DNA of 64,000 bases. Source: Squalus acanthias. Its lineage: Eukaryota. The number at the start of each line of letters is the position of its first letter. The first letter of the stretch is position 1. The stretch is from contig CM059433.1 in assembly GCA_030390025.1 (NCBI GenBank), forward strand, positions 10,170,001 through 10,234,000. Reading direction: 5' to 3'. A program made the translations under genes and the position numbers. The notes under the pieces are model-generated. The model searched no databases and was not told the DNA's origin. It saw nothing but the letters and a program-made list of their open reading frames with translations. Positions 22,801 through 36,164 of the stretch are shown in pieces.

Positions 22801-23906
22801 GATGATGATGAGGCTCTTCGCTCCGCGCCGTCTTCATCATCTAGCGCCAGTCTTCGCTGCTGAGCGATGTTGTGAAGGGTGCAGCAGACCACAGCTATTC
22901 TGGATACCCTCGCTGGTGCATACTGAAGGGCCCCTCCAGATCTGTCCAGGCATCTGAACCGCAATTTAAGCGACCCTATAGTTTGCTCGATCATAGTTCT
23001 CGTGGAGATGAGGCTCTGATTGTACCTTCCATCAGCCTCATTCGCTGGCCTCCTCAAAGGTCTCATCAGCCACGTCTTGAGGGGATAGCCCTTGTCCCCA
23101 AGCAGCCAACCTGAAAGACTGGTTGGCGGTTCGAAGAGCTGAGGGATGGTGGAGTGGCGCAGGATGTACGAATCATGGCAGCTGCCAGGGAACTTGGCGC
23201 ACACGTGTATGATGATTTTATTGTGGTTGCACACCAGCTGAACGTTTAGGGAGTGGAAACCCTTGCGGTTCACAAAAGCTCTCGGATTGTGATGGGGTGC
23301 CCTGATCGCCACATGTGTGCAGGCAATCACTTCCTGCATCCGTGGGAAGCCAGCCAGAGCGGCGAAGCCGATCGCCCGCTCAGTCACACTGGCTTAATGA
23401 GTGGTAAACCTTATATAGTTGCCCGACTTGTTAAACAGGGCATCGGTGACCTGTGTGATGCATCTGTATGTGGCAGACTGGGAAATGCTGCTAATGTCTG
23501 CGGCAGATGCCTGGAAGGAGCCTGAGGCGAAGAAGTTGAGGACAAGGGTGACTTTGGCAGCCACTGGTAGTGGCTGTTCACCCCTTCCTCTGGGCTGCAG
23601 GTCTTCCTCCAGCAATGCGCCAAGGTCGGTGACCACCTGGTGCGATAGCCTGAGTCTCCTTCGGCACTGCTGCTCTGTCATGTTTAGGTAACTCATGCTC
23701 TGCCTATAGACCCTGTGCTGGAGGTAATGCCTCTGGCGCAGTGCATCCCTGCGCTGATGCCCTCCGCCCTGTGCAGCATGAGGTGGTTGAGGAGAAGGTT
23801 GGCGCTCTTGTTGTTGCTGCTGCTGGTGTGGCTGGTTCTGCTGCTCCTGCGGCTGTTCCTCGTCAGACTCGGAGGACCAAGATGAGAGAGCATAAATCGT
23901 GCCCAT
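22376..23906 (-). pseudogene. Harbinger DDE transposase (HARBI1-like, DDE_Tnp_4 type)
   Basis: ORFs 23906-23394 and 23387-22443 are in one frame separated by a single TAA. Motifs IACTH (D>A), [45 protein letters not shown]. Native C-terminus (ARDA.INARFQ*) lies out of frame, ending at 22376. Confidence 0.9.
22500..22800 (-). repeat. (GAG/GAA)n trinucleotide expansion encoding poly-Glu
   Basis: About 300 bp of CTC/CTT on +, in frame with the transposase for most of its length. Confidence 0.95.
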
Positions 23907-26479
23907 TTTGATTGTTGATATGCCAGATCCAGTTGAGTTGACAGAAGCAATCTGTCACTGGTCAGAAATTTTCTTCAAAGAAGGTTACAGTGACTATAGA
24001 GTTCACTACAAACAATTCCAAAGTGTATGAGGCTGAAAAGACTCTTCCTAACACTGAAGGCTACAGCTTCTGACATTGGAAAGTGAACAGCTGTAAAATG
24101 GTAGCTTTTATACCACTTTTGCAGCTGTCACCTATTGAAAGCAATGGAGAGTCATTGGGAACCCGACTCCCCTTACCTGGCGTGTTCCCCGAGGGACGGC
24201 AAACTCGTCAAAAAAGTTGGTAAAATTGTAAGTGCCTGCTTTTAATCCTCTTAAATTGCTTCAAACTACCTGTTAAGTACCTGACCCGCCGCTCGGTGTC
24301 GGGTCTGCGATACACAGGCAGACCCGACAGTTGAGAAACTTACACGGAGGCGGGTTCAGAGCGGACTTCCGCCCCGCTGTCAATCAGGGCCATTTCGACA
24401 GCGGGCCCGCCTCCAAACCCGCACTCGCGGGGCTGGGTAGATTCCGGCCATTGCCACTCCTGTCAGCACCCCTGTCTAAACCGCTGCATCTTTCATGCCT
24501 TCACCTGATCTATGGCTGTCTGTGCCTATTCCGTCGCTCCTTATCCCTGTGTCTTGCCCCCCTGACCTGCAATAAAAAGCCGGCAATAATAACAGTCCAT
24601 CTAGGCTACATGGCGGCGTGTTTCCTGCTGTTGTTGTCAAAAATCTGCCCATGCCAAAATGGCTGACCTGCTTTTCGAAATGTTTACAAGAGATAGAAAT
24701 TTTAAAACTGTTTGTTTAGTTGAGCTGGCGGGTCTCTGTGTGTGTGTGTGTGTGTAAGTGTACGTGAGCCACATGAGAGGAGAATTGAATGTTCCTTAAC
24801 AAACATGACTGAAGAAATCAAAGCAAACGGTCACCATAATCAGTCTTTCTCGCTTTGAACTTAAGAAAAGAAACAAATGTTGCGTTAAAGCTAACAGCTA
24901 AGGTTACATGTGGATCGAGGGTGAAGGTGAAGTGGGCCGGGGGAACGTTGCTGGTGAAGAAACCTGCTGGGACTTTGCTAGCAACTGCTAAGCAACAGAC
25001 TATCCCCTGCATTGCAAACACTAGACCACAAAATGAATGACCTCATCTACAAATCAGTTGTTTGCCAGGCAGCGATGGATTCAGCTGGCTTTAATAATAT
25101 TGCAGCGCTTATGCAGCAGGTGCAGTTTAAGAGCTACTGGCCTTCATTTATTTCAAAGGCTGCTGTTTTTTTTTTGTTTGTCTACTTTATTCCATCTGCT
25201 CATCACTCTTTCTGTTCATTTCCATTCCGTCTCCTTTTTTTTTCTCCACTGCTCTCCTCTCTGTTGGTCGGCATCAGTTTTGTTCTTTCCCCTTCGGCAT
25301 GAAACAGAATGTACCTCCATTTAAAAGCCAGGCACAATGCACGTATTCAGTGTGTTCTGTACCATATTGTCTTGCGTGGATCTAATCTGTGTCCCGCGTC
25401 TGCAGAATATCACAGCGTGGCGGGCTACACAAAAGAAGCGAGCAGTGTTTGAATTTCTCCCGTGTTGCAAATGTAAGATTTTTCTTCATCCATCAGGAGC
25501 AACGGGCAAGTGTTGTGGAAGCGTTTAATGTGTAAACCATGAAGTCTGCTGCCGAGTCGGACACCTTTGCATCAGACTCCTCGCACAACGCCAGCTACGC
25601 TATTATTCCGAGCAATATGGCAAAAAATTTGCATCTGAGGCAGACAATAAAGGAATTGGATACTTGATTTCACAAAAAGGGAATTGGATAGACACTTGAG
25701 AAGGAAACATTTGCAGGGCTGCGGGGAAAGAGCAGGGGAGAGAGTGGGACTGATTGGAGGGCTCTTTCAAAGAGCCGGCACAGGCACGATGGGCCGAATG
25801 GCCTCTTTCTGTGCTGTGTGGTTCTATGACTGAAGCAATGGCTGGCAAAATGGGGGGGTGAAAGTCGTCTTGGGCGAGTTTCCATTTGGGAAAAAAAAAT
25901 CGGGCGGTGTTTCAAAGGGGCTGCCGATCGCCCGTTTTACGAAACTGTCAAAGACCAACGCCATCTTCAATGTGTCACATATCCTGTCCAGAGCACTGGA
26001 GCGGAAAGGCCGCAGTTACTACTGCCAAGCACGTTTACCATCAAACAAATGAACTTGCATTTATATATTGCCTTTCAGGACCTCAGGACGTCCCAAACCG
26101 CTTCAGAGGCAATGAAGTACTTTTGAGCAGTGACTGATTGATTCCTTTAACAACGCCTGCACACAGGCACTTTACAGAAGGGGGGGGGTCACTGAATAAT
26201 GATCAGAAATCAGAACCCTGACTGACTTTATTCCCCTCACTAGCCCAGGATGGACTGAGTCCAGTTATAGCACATCTAAAAAGAAAGACTTGCATTTATA
26301 TCGCGCTTTTCATGACCTCGTGATGTCCCAAAGCGCTTCACAGCCAATGAAATGCTTTTGAATTGTAGTCACTGTTCTAAAAAATCTAGAGAAACATTTA
26401 CTCCAAGTTTAATGATTTGGGTAAATATCAGTCATTAACAATGAACCTTGGGGCCTTTTCTATGGTTTATCTCTGCAAT

Positions 26480-28189
26480 CTGAAGCGTTTGCAACCATCT
26501 TCAGCCAGAAGTGCCGAGTGGATGGTCCATATCGGCCTCCTCCTGAGGTCCCCACCACCACAGAAGCCAGTCTTCAGCCAATTCGATTCACTCCAAATGA
26601 TATCAAGAAACGGCTGAGCGCACTGGATACAGCAAAGGCTATGGGCCACGACAACATCCCGGCTATCGTGCTGAAGACTTGTGCTCCAGAACTAGCCGCA
26701 CCTCTAGCCAAGCTGTTCCAGTACAGCTACAACACTGGCATCTATCCGACAATGTGGAAAACTGCCCAGGTATGTCCTGTCCACAAAAAGCAGGACAAAT
26801 CCAATCCAGCCAATTACCGCCCCATCAGTCTGCTCTCAATCATCAGCAAAGTGATGGAAGGTGTCGTTGACAGTGCTATCAAGCGGCACTTACTCACCAA
26901 TAACCTGCTCACTGATGACCAGTTTGGGTTCCGCCAAGACCACTCTGCTCCCGACCTCATTACAGCCTTGGTCCAAACATCGACAAAGGAGCTGATTTCC
27001 AGAGGTGATGTGAGAGTGACTGCCTTTGACATCAAGGCAGCATTTGACCGAGTGTGGCATCAAGGAGCCCTAGTAAAACTGAAGTCAATGGGAATCGGGG
27101 GTAAACTCTCCACTGGCTGGAGTCATACCTAGCACAAAGGAAGATGGTTGTGGTGATTGAAGGTCAATCATCACAGCCCCAAGACGTCGCTGCAGGAGTT
27201 CCTCAGGGCAGTGTCCTAGGCCCAACCATCTTCAGCTGCTTCATCAATGACCTTCCCTCCATCAAAAGGTCAGAAGTGGGGATGTTCGCTGATGACTGCA
27301 CAGTGTTCAGTGCCATTCACAACACCTCAGATAATGAAGCAGTCCATGCCAGCATGCAAGAAGACCTGGACGACGTTCAAGCTTGGGCTGATAAGTGCAG
27401 GTAACATTCGCACCACAGAAATGCCAGGCAATGACTATCTCCAACAAGCGAGAGTCTAACCACCTCCCCTTGACATTCAATGCATTGCAATTGCCAAATC
27501 CCCCACCATCAACATCCTGGGGGTCACCATTGACCAGAAACTTAACTGGACCAGCCATATAAATACTGTGGCAACAAGAGCAGGCCAGAGGCTGGGTATT
27601 CTGCGGCGAGTGTCTCACCTCCTGACTCCCAAAAGCCTTTCCACCATCTACAAGGCACAAGTAAGGAGTGTAATGGAATACTCTCCACTTGCCTGGATGA
27701 GTGCAGCTCCAACAACACTCAAGAAGCTCGACACCATACAGGACAAAGCAGCCGGCTTGATTGGCACCCCATCCACCACCTTAAACATTCACTCCCTCCA
27801 CCATCGGCGTACCGTGGCTGCAGTGTATACCATCTACAAGATGCACTGCAGCAACTCGCCAAGGCTTCTTCGGCAGCACCACCCAAACTCGCGACCTCTT
27901 CCACCTAGAAGGACAAGGGCAGCAGACGCATGGGAACACCACCACCTCCAAGTTCCCCTCCAAGTCACACACTATCCTGACTTAGAAGTATATCGCCGAT
28001 CCTTCATTGTCGCTGGGTCAAAATCCTGGAACTCCCTCCCTAACAGCACTGTGGAAGTACCTTCACCACACAGACTGCAGCAGTTCAAGAAGGTGGCTCA
28101 CCACCACCTACTCAAGGGCAATTAGGGATGGGCAATAAACGCTGGCCTTGCCAGCGACACCCACATCCCATAAACGAATTAAAAAAAAA
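26480..28189 (+). mobile_element. CR1-group LINE (second family), RT domain to poly(A), frameshifted
   Basis: NYRPISLLS, QFGFR, DIKAAFDRVWH, GVPQGSVLGP, FADD, WNSLP; AATAAA and A-tail. Confidence 0.9.
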
Positions 28190-28596
28190 TCTCCTTCAGC
28201 CCCACAACCCCCCTGAGATATCTGCGCTCCTCTAATTCTGCCCTCTTGAGCATCCCTGATTATAATCGCTCAACCTTTGGTGGCCATGCCTTCTGTTGCC
28301 TAGACCCTGAGCTCTGGAATTCCCTCCCTAAACCTCTCCACCTCGCTACCTCTCTTTCCTCCTTTAAGACGCTCCTTAAAACCTACCTCTTTGACCAAGC
28401 TTTTGGTCACCTGCCCTAATTTATCCTTATGTGGCTCGGTGTCAAATTTTTTGTCTTAAAATACTCCTGTGCAGCGCCTTGGGACGTTTTACTACGTTAA
28501 AGGTGCTACATAAATACAAGTTGTTGTTGTTAAAGGCGCTATATAAATACGAGTTGTTGTTGCTAAAGGCGCTATAAAAATACATGTTGTTGTTGT
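28190..28596 (+). mobile_element. L2-like LINE 3' fragment with triplicated terminus
   Basis: Same family as 4101-4694; terminal 33-bp unit repeated three times (28498-28596). Confidence 0.85.
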
Positions 28597-30253
28597 TTAG
28601 TTTGGTGAATGCACTGAGTCATACAGAATAAAACCTGGCTATAGTCACTGCTTAGGCTCGCACATGGCAAATAGCTACTTGGTTCGGCTATTGAAGGGTG
28701 CCACTGCCCATGCAACTGCGTTTCAGTAACAATCAGTCTTCAGGAGAGGGGGAGAGAGAGAATTCAGGCAGCTTGGTTTTTGCACTCGGTTGCTGTGTCA
28801 CAGAGTGGTAGCTTCCAGGATGGTGCAGTGGGGGGAAGAGTAACTAAACAGGAGCAGCAGAGTAACCTGAGGCTTCTGGGGCTCTGAACTCCATTATAAT
28901 AAACCAACACACAGGCTTTGTGGTTGGTAGGCCTTCTCCCTGGGTTTGGAGCACTGCTGCAAGCTTCATTTACCCCTACTCACCAGCATAAAGAAGCCAA
29001 CAGGTCAAAAATAGGCCATTGCAAACTAATTGATACAGGCAACTGTGTCTAACCTTTCACCTGTCCTGCACACTGATTCTTTACAATTAACAACTCAATC
29101 CCATTTTCTGCACTATGTCTAAAATATTCTCAGATATGCATTATAACGCGCTGAGAAGATAACTATATATTAAATAGGGATTAATATGCTCTCCGTACTT
29201 AGACTGCCGTCGTGAAGGGGGCTTGTGCGATAGCCCACCGGCTGATCGGTTGTGTTATATTACCTGGCAAGTGCGACACTCATTGCAAAGATAACGTCCA
29301 TTTTAATCATTCTAAATGTTTCATAAATGGTTTATAAGTTTCCTGAATTGCCTGGGGATGTATTCTCTTCAAACATTAGGGCAAAGTGATTGAGTTTTTA
29401 TAGCAGGAGCTCTTGGTTTTTTTTAATAGAATACTGATGGAGTGAACCTCTGCTAATCTGATTTACATATGTATCCACACAGGGACACTTCTCTGTTTGT
29501 TTTTAGATACGGGCTCTCAGCAGTCCCTGTGTAATCTGATTGTTTAAAAAGATTGTAGTGATTTATAGGACTTAGCAGAACATTCTTTTGGCTTTTGCGG
29601 GGGGTGGGGTTGGGGGTGGGGGGGGTGGGTGGCGGCAGTGGCCATGGGGGAGGGGGGATGGTGCCATACAATTGAAAGCTGAGCAGCTTTTGAACTGCTT
29701 CTGGTACAAGAGTGTCTGCGAGCCAGTTCTCAGCAGTTGCACTACTGAAAAAAACCAACTCCCAGTGGCAGCAGCTTCGACCCAACCAGTTCATGAATTA
29801 AAGGCAATGCCTATCTTCAAAAAAAAAACTTTAAAGTTGGCTTCGCGCCAGTTGTAGTTATCTCACAACCGGTGCAAAGGCTGAAACAATGTAGGATCAC
29901 CACCCCCCCCCCTCCCCCTACACCCCCATAGGTGGTCTCATGCCCAATTCAAACTACTAAACACGTACCAATTCGGCTGCCGTTTTCCGACGTTACAACA
30001 CCGGCTGCACTTCAAAAGTACTTCATTGGCTGTAAAGCGCTTTGGGGCGTCCTGAGGCGGTGAAAGGTGATATATAAATGCAAGCTTTTTCTTCCTTTTT
30101 CTTCCACTCATCTTGTGTCGGTTCACTCAAACTGAAACAAATCTAGCAGAGCAAGAAGCGAGCAGCCTATTCTAACTTTACTCTGACTACAGAGTTGTTG
30201 GAGCTCCAACTGCACATTCCGTACCTGAGGGCAGTTATTCGATGTCACACTTT

Positions 30254-30720
30254 GAAAGAAAGACTTGCATTTCTATAGCGCCTTTCACGACCACCGGGCG
30301 TCTCAGAGCGCTCTACAGCCAATGAAGTACTTTTTGAAGTGGAGTCACTGTTGTAATGTGGGAAACGCAGCAGCCAATTTGCACACAGCAAGCTCCCACA
30401 AACAGCAATGTGATAATGAACAAATAATCTGCTTTTGTTATGTTGGTTGAGGGATAAATAGTGGCCAGGACACCGGGGATAACTCCCCTGCTCTTCTTCG
30501 AAATAGTGCCATGGGATCTTTTACATCCACCTGAGAGAGCAGACGGGGCCTCGGTTTAACGTCTCATCTGAAAGATGGCACCTCCAACAGTGCAGCACTC
30601 CCTCAGCACTGCACTGGGAGTGTCAGCCTAGATTTATGTGCTCAAGTCCCTGGAGTGGGACTATGAACCCACAACCTTCTGACTCAGAGGCGAGTGTGCT
30701 ACCCACTGAGCCACGGCTGA
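30254..30720 (-). mobile_element. Full-length tRNA-derived Deu-domain SINE (SacSINE1-like)
   Basis: Minus strand has A box TGGCTCAGTGG, B box GGTTCATAGTCC, central Deu-like block and L2-like tail AAGGCGCTATAGAAATGCAAG(TCTT)n. Confidence 0.85.
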
Positions 30721-31659
30721 ACGCTAATTAATTAGTTTGTTAGTTAACAGGTTTATAAGACATTACTGACGGAGATTGTGAAAGCTAAGATTCACTAAGG
30801 TTTCTTGGTCATATACCATGTTGATAGCTGCCTTTATATTACTCAAGACCTGCGCCAGTGATGCCAGCTCCCAACTCACTCAGCCGTCTGCAGCTCGCAA
30901 GTAAACTTGCCAGGATTTGCTGCAGCCGGTGTCTGGGAAGAACCTTTTCCCTTTTAACAGAAAGTTTACATTCAGATTGCAGCCGGTTGTGCAGGACCAT
31001 CACATCAGATGTCAGCGCTGCTAGAAAGGGGTCGGAGCTCAGTATAAATAGCAGCTGAAAATAAAGGCTGGCTTTGCGTCAAAACTAGCTGAAAAATCTG
31101 GCTCCATTTTCCACTATTACTGCATTAGGAATTGGGAAAAGAGCAGCACATTCAATGGAATTGGCTTTCAAATCCTCTGGTCCCTGTACTTGTCCACTCA
31201 ACAAATTGCTCTCTTCAGTTTATGAGTGGTTTTTCAGAGCTGGCAGTTAAGGGTAAATAGAGCATCCATCCCCCCTCCCCCATTTACTTAGGGCCTTTGC
31301 ACGCTCTGTGATTATTATTTTTTTCTCTTCAATTTTCCACCCTCCTCTCGCAGGCTGGGTGCTTCGAATGAAGTTCACCTCAGCTGCTCTGATATTGCCC
31401 GAGACCCCGTGTTGGTGCTGCTGGCCCCCCTTGCCTCGTGGGTGTTTTTGCAGTTGACCGCGGCCCCGAAGCAAATCCGCCAGATTCACTAAGGCCCACC
31501 GATGGGAAGATCCGGTCTGGTAGGCCTGGCAGATAGGCCAACCAGACCGGATCTGGCAAACTAACTAACAGGGTCAGTTGTGGCTCAGTGGGTAGCACAC
31601 TCGCCCCCTGAGTCATGAAGGTTGTGGGTTCAAGTCCCACGTTGACTTTGTCCATATTT

Positions 31660-33935
31660 GAACATCTCACTCTCTACCATCCTTCACATCTTCCTCTTTG
31701 AGATTCTCATCATCTATCTCCCCTTCTCTGGGCCTGCCTGATAGCTTTCTTGGCAAAACCTCTTCTCAGCTTTCACACTGAGCGACTGCTCTTACTTGTC
31801 GACTTTAATCTGCACCTGAACTCACCCTCCCCCATCTCTTCCACTTTCCCTGCCCTTCTTTCCTTCCTTAAACTCTCCCTCCACATAAACTCTCCCTCCC
31901 ATAAGGACAGCCATCCTCCTTACTTCGTTATTACACGTGGCTTCATTTTTTTCCCAACATCACAATCGCCAACCAGCACATCTCTGGTCATTATCTCATC
32001 CTTTTCACAATATGCATCCTCCTGCCATGCCTTATCCCTCCACTCTGTTTACGGCCTTGGAAAAAATGACCCCAAATCCTTCACCAGCACACTCTCCAGT
32101 TCTCCACTCCCTCTTCTCTGGTCCACCACCTGCAACAGTATCAGGGGCTTCATTGATCTGCTCGGTAACGTCTGCATCGTTAATGTCACCTACCCCCAGT
32201 GTTACCCCCGATACCAGAATCACCTCAAGTCCATAGAATAGAGACCAAAACGCATGCAGCTTCTGACTCGGTTTGACCTCCTCAAGCTATATCACCTTAC
32301 CCTCTATACAACTAAGTTCTCCTGTTACTCAGAGTCAACCTGAGGGCAAGTTCAAAACCCAAATGCCTTTTCACCACCACTTGGCACATCTTCCAATCTC
32401 TCTTCCCCCACTCCCATCATAACCTCTGACTCTCGATGTGAGGAACTCATAGACTTCTTTGTTTTCAAAATCAAGATAATGTGGTCGATCGCCTCTGCCT
32501 CCTCCTAATATCCCTATTGACCTCAGCCCTCACCTCCGTACGCTCTGAGGCGCCCTTACGCCCCATCACCTGCTCACTCGACTCCCTTTGAACTGAGATT
32601 TTGATCACCAATTCAATCCCATACTTGCTGACACTGTTGACCGCCTTCCTTCAGTCATTGTTCCTCAAAAAAAACAATCTTGATCCTTAATCCTTCCAAA
32701 CTGCCTTACCCCTAACCTGCCTTTTCTTCCCAAATTCCTTAAACGAGTTGATGCCAACTTCTCCCAACACTTTCTGTTCAACTGCTTCTAATTTGGTTCC
32801 TGACCAGTGCACAGCACTGAGACTATCCTGACCAAAGTCACCGTTGACCATTCCATTCTAATCCACCAGGTCTCCTACACAGTCCACATCCTTTGCAACA
32901 CTTCTTGTGGCTACACTTCCACCTGTCCCAATCACAGTCACTGGCCTAGTCATTTCCTAGTGATGGTGCCACGTCCATTTTTGGGTCTGCAAGGGCCCCC
33001 GCCCCCCCCCACCACCCCCTCCCCGCCTCAATGGTGAGACCTGAGAGTCTCCAGATATTGGGCCTCATTTTAATATTGCCGGCGAAGCACGAAGAGCCCG
33101 CCGGTGAAGATGACTCCAAGTTTGGGCCACTGGTAGCAGCCTCAGCTAAGTGTTGTCGGGGTTCAGGGATTGGGTTGAGTGCCAGGACCTGGGTCGGGGA
33201 TTAGGGATAGGGGCGTAGGTTGGGGGTCATGGCCACGGGTCGTGTCCGAGGGTCGAGATCGGGCGTCGGCAGAGGAAGCCGGGGAAGAGGGTCGGGACAG
33301 GAAAGGTTGGAGGTCGGGAGTGCCGATAATCGGGAGGGGTTTTAAATGTGGGGCCAGGAGTACCAGGAATGCTTACGTTCAGGTAAGTTACTTACCCTCT
33401 TTAATGCAGGTGCTCACTGGGGCTGGTTTCCATGAATGCAGTCCACAATGTTGCTGGCTGTCTCGGAACAGACCAAATTTGGAGAGGGGACCTCAAACAG
33501 GCATGAGGCCCCTTATTTGCATATGCAAATGACATAATGCCTGCTTCAGGCATGGGATAATGGCGGACTCTCGTTTGTCCTTACCCAATATGGCGGGCGG
33601 CGCACTTCTAGACGGAGAGGTGGGCATGCTTCATGCCCGCCATGTTGGGGCCTTAGTAGTCCGAGCAACGCCTGAAAAATGGACACTGCACAGACCAAAT
33701 TCTAGGCCTTAAACTTTTTTTCTTCATTTCCCACAAGATCACCTCTGGAGTGCACCAGGATTTAATTGTTGGTCTCCTTTTACTCATAGCAAATATCTCA
33801 GCAGCATCCGCAAACTTCCTCATTTAACCCAATGATACCCAAATCTTCTTCTCTACAACTACATTGACTCCGGGGCTGCTGTTAAACTATTCAGCTGCCT
33901 GTCTAACATAAATCCTGGATGAGTTGAAATTTCCG
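31660..33935 (+). mobile_element. Old degraded L2-like LINE ORF2 (APE to RT), interrupted by a GC-rich MITE-like insert at ~32985-33708
   Basis: LLLVDFNLHLN (GDFN motif), HSTETILTKV (HSTETAL motif); pyrimidine-rich L2 composition. Confidence 0.65.
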
Positions 33936-34392
33936 AGCGCTCCCCCCTCTCCTCCAACCACCAGGCGCTGAACAATCCATACTTTCCAGTCGTCCGTGTT
34001 TCATGTGGATAGTCAGCGATGTGGGATCCATGTCCTGGTGGACCAAACTCTGGAGGGGCCAGGCCCTAAGTGCCGCTGCAAAGCCCCGACCTGCTGACCC
34101 TCCAATTTCTGGTGACAGCCCTGTAGGATGGGATTCTCATATCAGGAATTCCCATTCACAGTGTACAAGGCTATCAATCGCAGTAAGGGTGCCAGCAGGA
34201 AGGATCTCCAGAGTGTGTAACTAGGAGGAATTGGGGGAAATGGTGCACTTGGGGTGCTGGGGGCAGGGGGAGAGAGGGGAAAGCAAGCGCAGTGTTTTTG
34301 GAAAAGTAGGCGAAGAGAAAGAATTTAGCCACAGATCTTGAAGGGGAAAGAGAGAGGGAAACCAGGAGCATCCCTTGGGAAGAGAGAAAGAA

Positions 34393-34857
34393 ATAATTAC
34401 ATTTTTATAGCGCCTTTCACGACCACCGGACGTCCCAAAGCGCTTTACAACCAATGAAGTACTTTTTAAAGTGTAGTCACTGTTGCAATGTGGGAAACGC
34501 AGCAGCCAATTTGCGCACAGCAAGCTCCCACAAACAGCAATGTGATAATGACCAGATAATCTGTTTTTGTTATGTTGATTGAGGGATAAATATTGGCCCA
34601 GGACACCGGGGATAACTCCCCTGCTCTTCTTCGAAATAGTGCCCATGGGGATCTTTTACGTCCACCTGAGAGAGCAGACGGGGCCTCGGTTTAACGTCTC
34701 ATCCGAAAGACAGCACCTCCGACAGTACAGCACTCCCTCAGCACTGCACTGGGAGTGTCAGCCTAGCTTTATGTGCTCAAGTCCCTGGAGTGGGGACTGT
34801 GAACCCACAACCTTCTGACTCAGAGGCAAGTGTGCTGCCCACTGAGCCACAGCTGAC
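34393..34857 (-). mobile_element. Full-length SacSINE1-like SINE
   Basis: Near-identical to 30254-30720. Confidence 0.85.
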
Positions 34858-35219
34858 AGAGAGAGAGAGAACACAGCAGTGACATTTGGGGAGGTGGAGA
34901 GAGAAAGACAGAAATAAAAGTAAGCAGCAACACTGGGTTGGGGGGGGGGGTGGGGGGGCGGGTAGAGAAGGGGGGAGCAGCACCTCTGGGAGCAGGAGAA
35001 ACCAAGCACAGTGCTTCAGAGTGGGGAGGGAAGCTGGGAACAATGCTTTCATTAGCTGGTTGGTTTATTGAATTGTTTTTGTCTTTTCCTTTTTTGCTTT
35101 AGATTAAAAATCGATCAATTGTATAAAAGTGCTTAAAATTAACCAGAATGCAGCACTTCTAATGTAAAAATTCAAAAGTTTTCAGGACAGCATCCCACTG
35201 TAACTGCTTAGAAAGGCAC

Positions 35220-35752
35220 CACTTATCTAAGAAAGGATATACTTGCCATAGAGGGAGTGCAGCGAAGGTTCACCAGACTGATTCCTGGGATGGCAGGACT
35301 GTCGTATGAGGAGAGATTGGGTCGACTAGGCCTGTATTCACTAGAGTTTAGAAGAATGAGAGGGGATCTCATTGAAATGTATAAAATTCTGACAGGGCTA
35401 GACAGACTGGATGCAGGGAGGATGTTTCCCCTGGCTGGGGGGGTCTAGAACGAGGGGTCACAGTCTCAGGATACGGGGTAGGACATTTAGGACTGAGATG
35501 AGGAGAAATTTCTTCACTCAGAGGGTGGTGAACCTGTGGAATTCTCTACCACAGAAGGCTGTGGAGGCCAAGTCACTGAATATATTTAAAAAGGAGATAG
35601 ATAGATTTCTAGACACAAAAGGCATCAAGGGGTATGGGGAGAGAGCGGGAATATGGTATTGAGATAGAGGATCAGCCATGATCATATTGAATGGCGGAGC
35701 AGGCTCGAAGGGCTGAATGGCCGACTCCTGCTCCTATTTTTCTATGTTTCTA
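35220..35752 (+). mobile_element. CR1 (HER1-like) 3' fragment
   Basis: QRRFTRLIPGM.GLSYEERL...RRMRGDLIE; 3' UTR hairpin and tail. Confidence 0.9.
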
Positions 35753-36164
35753 GTTGAGAGGAGAGGAGGCTGCAGCAACAACAACAACTTGCATTTTGTA
35801 TAGCACCTTTAATGTAAAACAAAAAGGCCCCAAGTCATAGGGAATAGATGGAATTACATAGAAATAACAGGGTCGACATTAGTTATGGCATGGATTCAGG
35901 TCCATAGCCAGCGGCCCGCCGATAGCACATGCCCCAACTGGGAGGCCTGAGGCCGGCCCAAAATTGGTCCTCAGGCCTCATTAACATTTTTTACGTGAGC
36001 TACTTCCACAGATAGCTTGGGTATTTTACTAAGAAGAATATTGGGCCTCTTGCCTTGCCGGCAGTGGCCCTCGGATAAGTCCTGCGAGAGGGGTTGAAGC
36101 AGGAATGGGTAATATTAATTTCTAGCCCAACCACACGGAAACAGGCCATTCAGCTGAAACAACC

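Larger units (their letters stand above)
19356..24449. mobile_element. Near full-length two-gene PIF/Harbinger transposon (family A, ~5.1 kb including nested CR1 pieces)
   Basis: Termini GGCCGCGATTTTCCC / (rc) GGCCGGAATCTACCC, matching 10440-12211. Convergent Myb/SANT (+) and DDE transposase (-) genes. No clean TSD seen. Confidence 0.85.

Noticed and set aside
22395..22957. Plus-strand poly-Leu, poly-Pro and poly-Ser ORFs and the minus poly-Arg ORF
   Set aside because: Alternative frames of the (GAG)n microsatellite, not genes.
22376..23906. Host HARBI1 gene
   Set aside because: Lies between TIRs with a Myb partner, is disrupted and has related copies nearby, so it is a transposon copy.
25405..25472. 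Plus-strand candidate exon (ctgcAG...GTAAGA)
   Set aside because: Isolated, with no partner exons or recognisable peptide.
31043..31058. TATA box plus E-box as a promoter
   Set aside because: No downstream exon or CpG context; such motifs are expected by chance.
31572..31641. tRNA gene
   Set aside because: It is the isolated tRNA-like head of the SacSINE1-like family; no complete cloverleaf.
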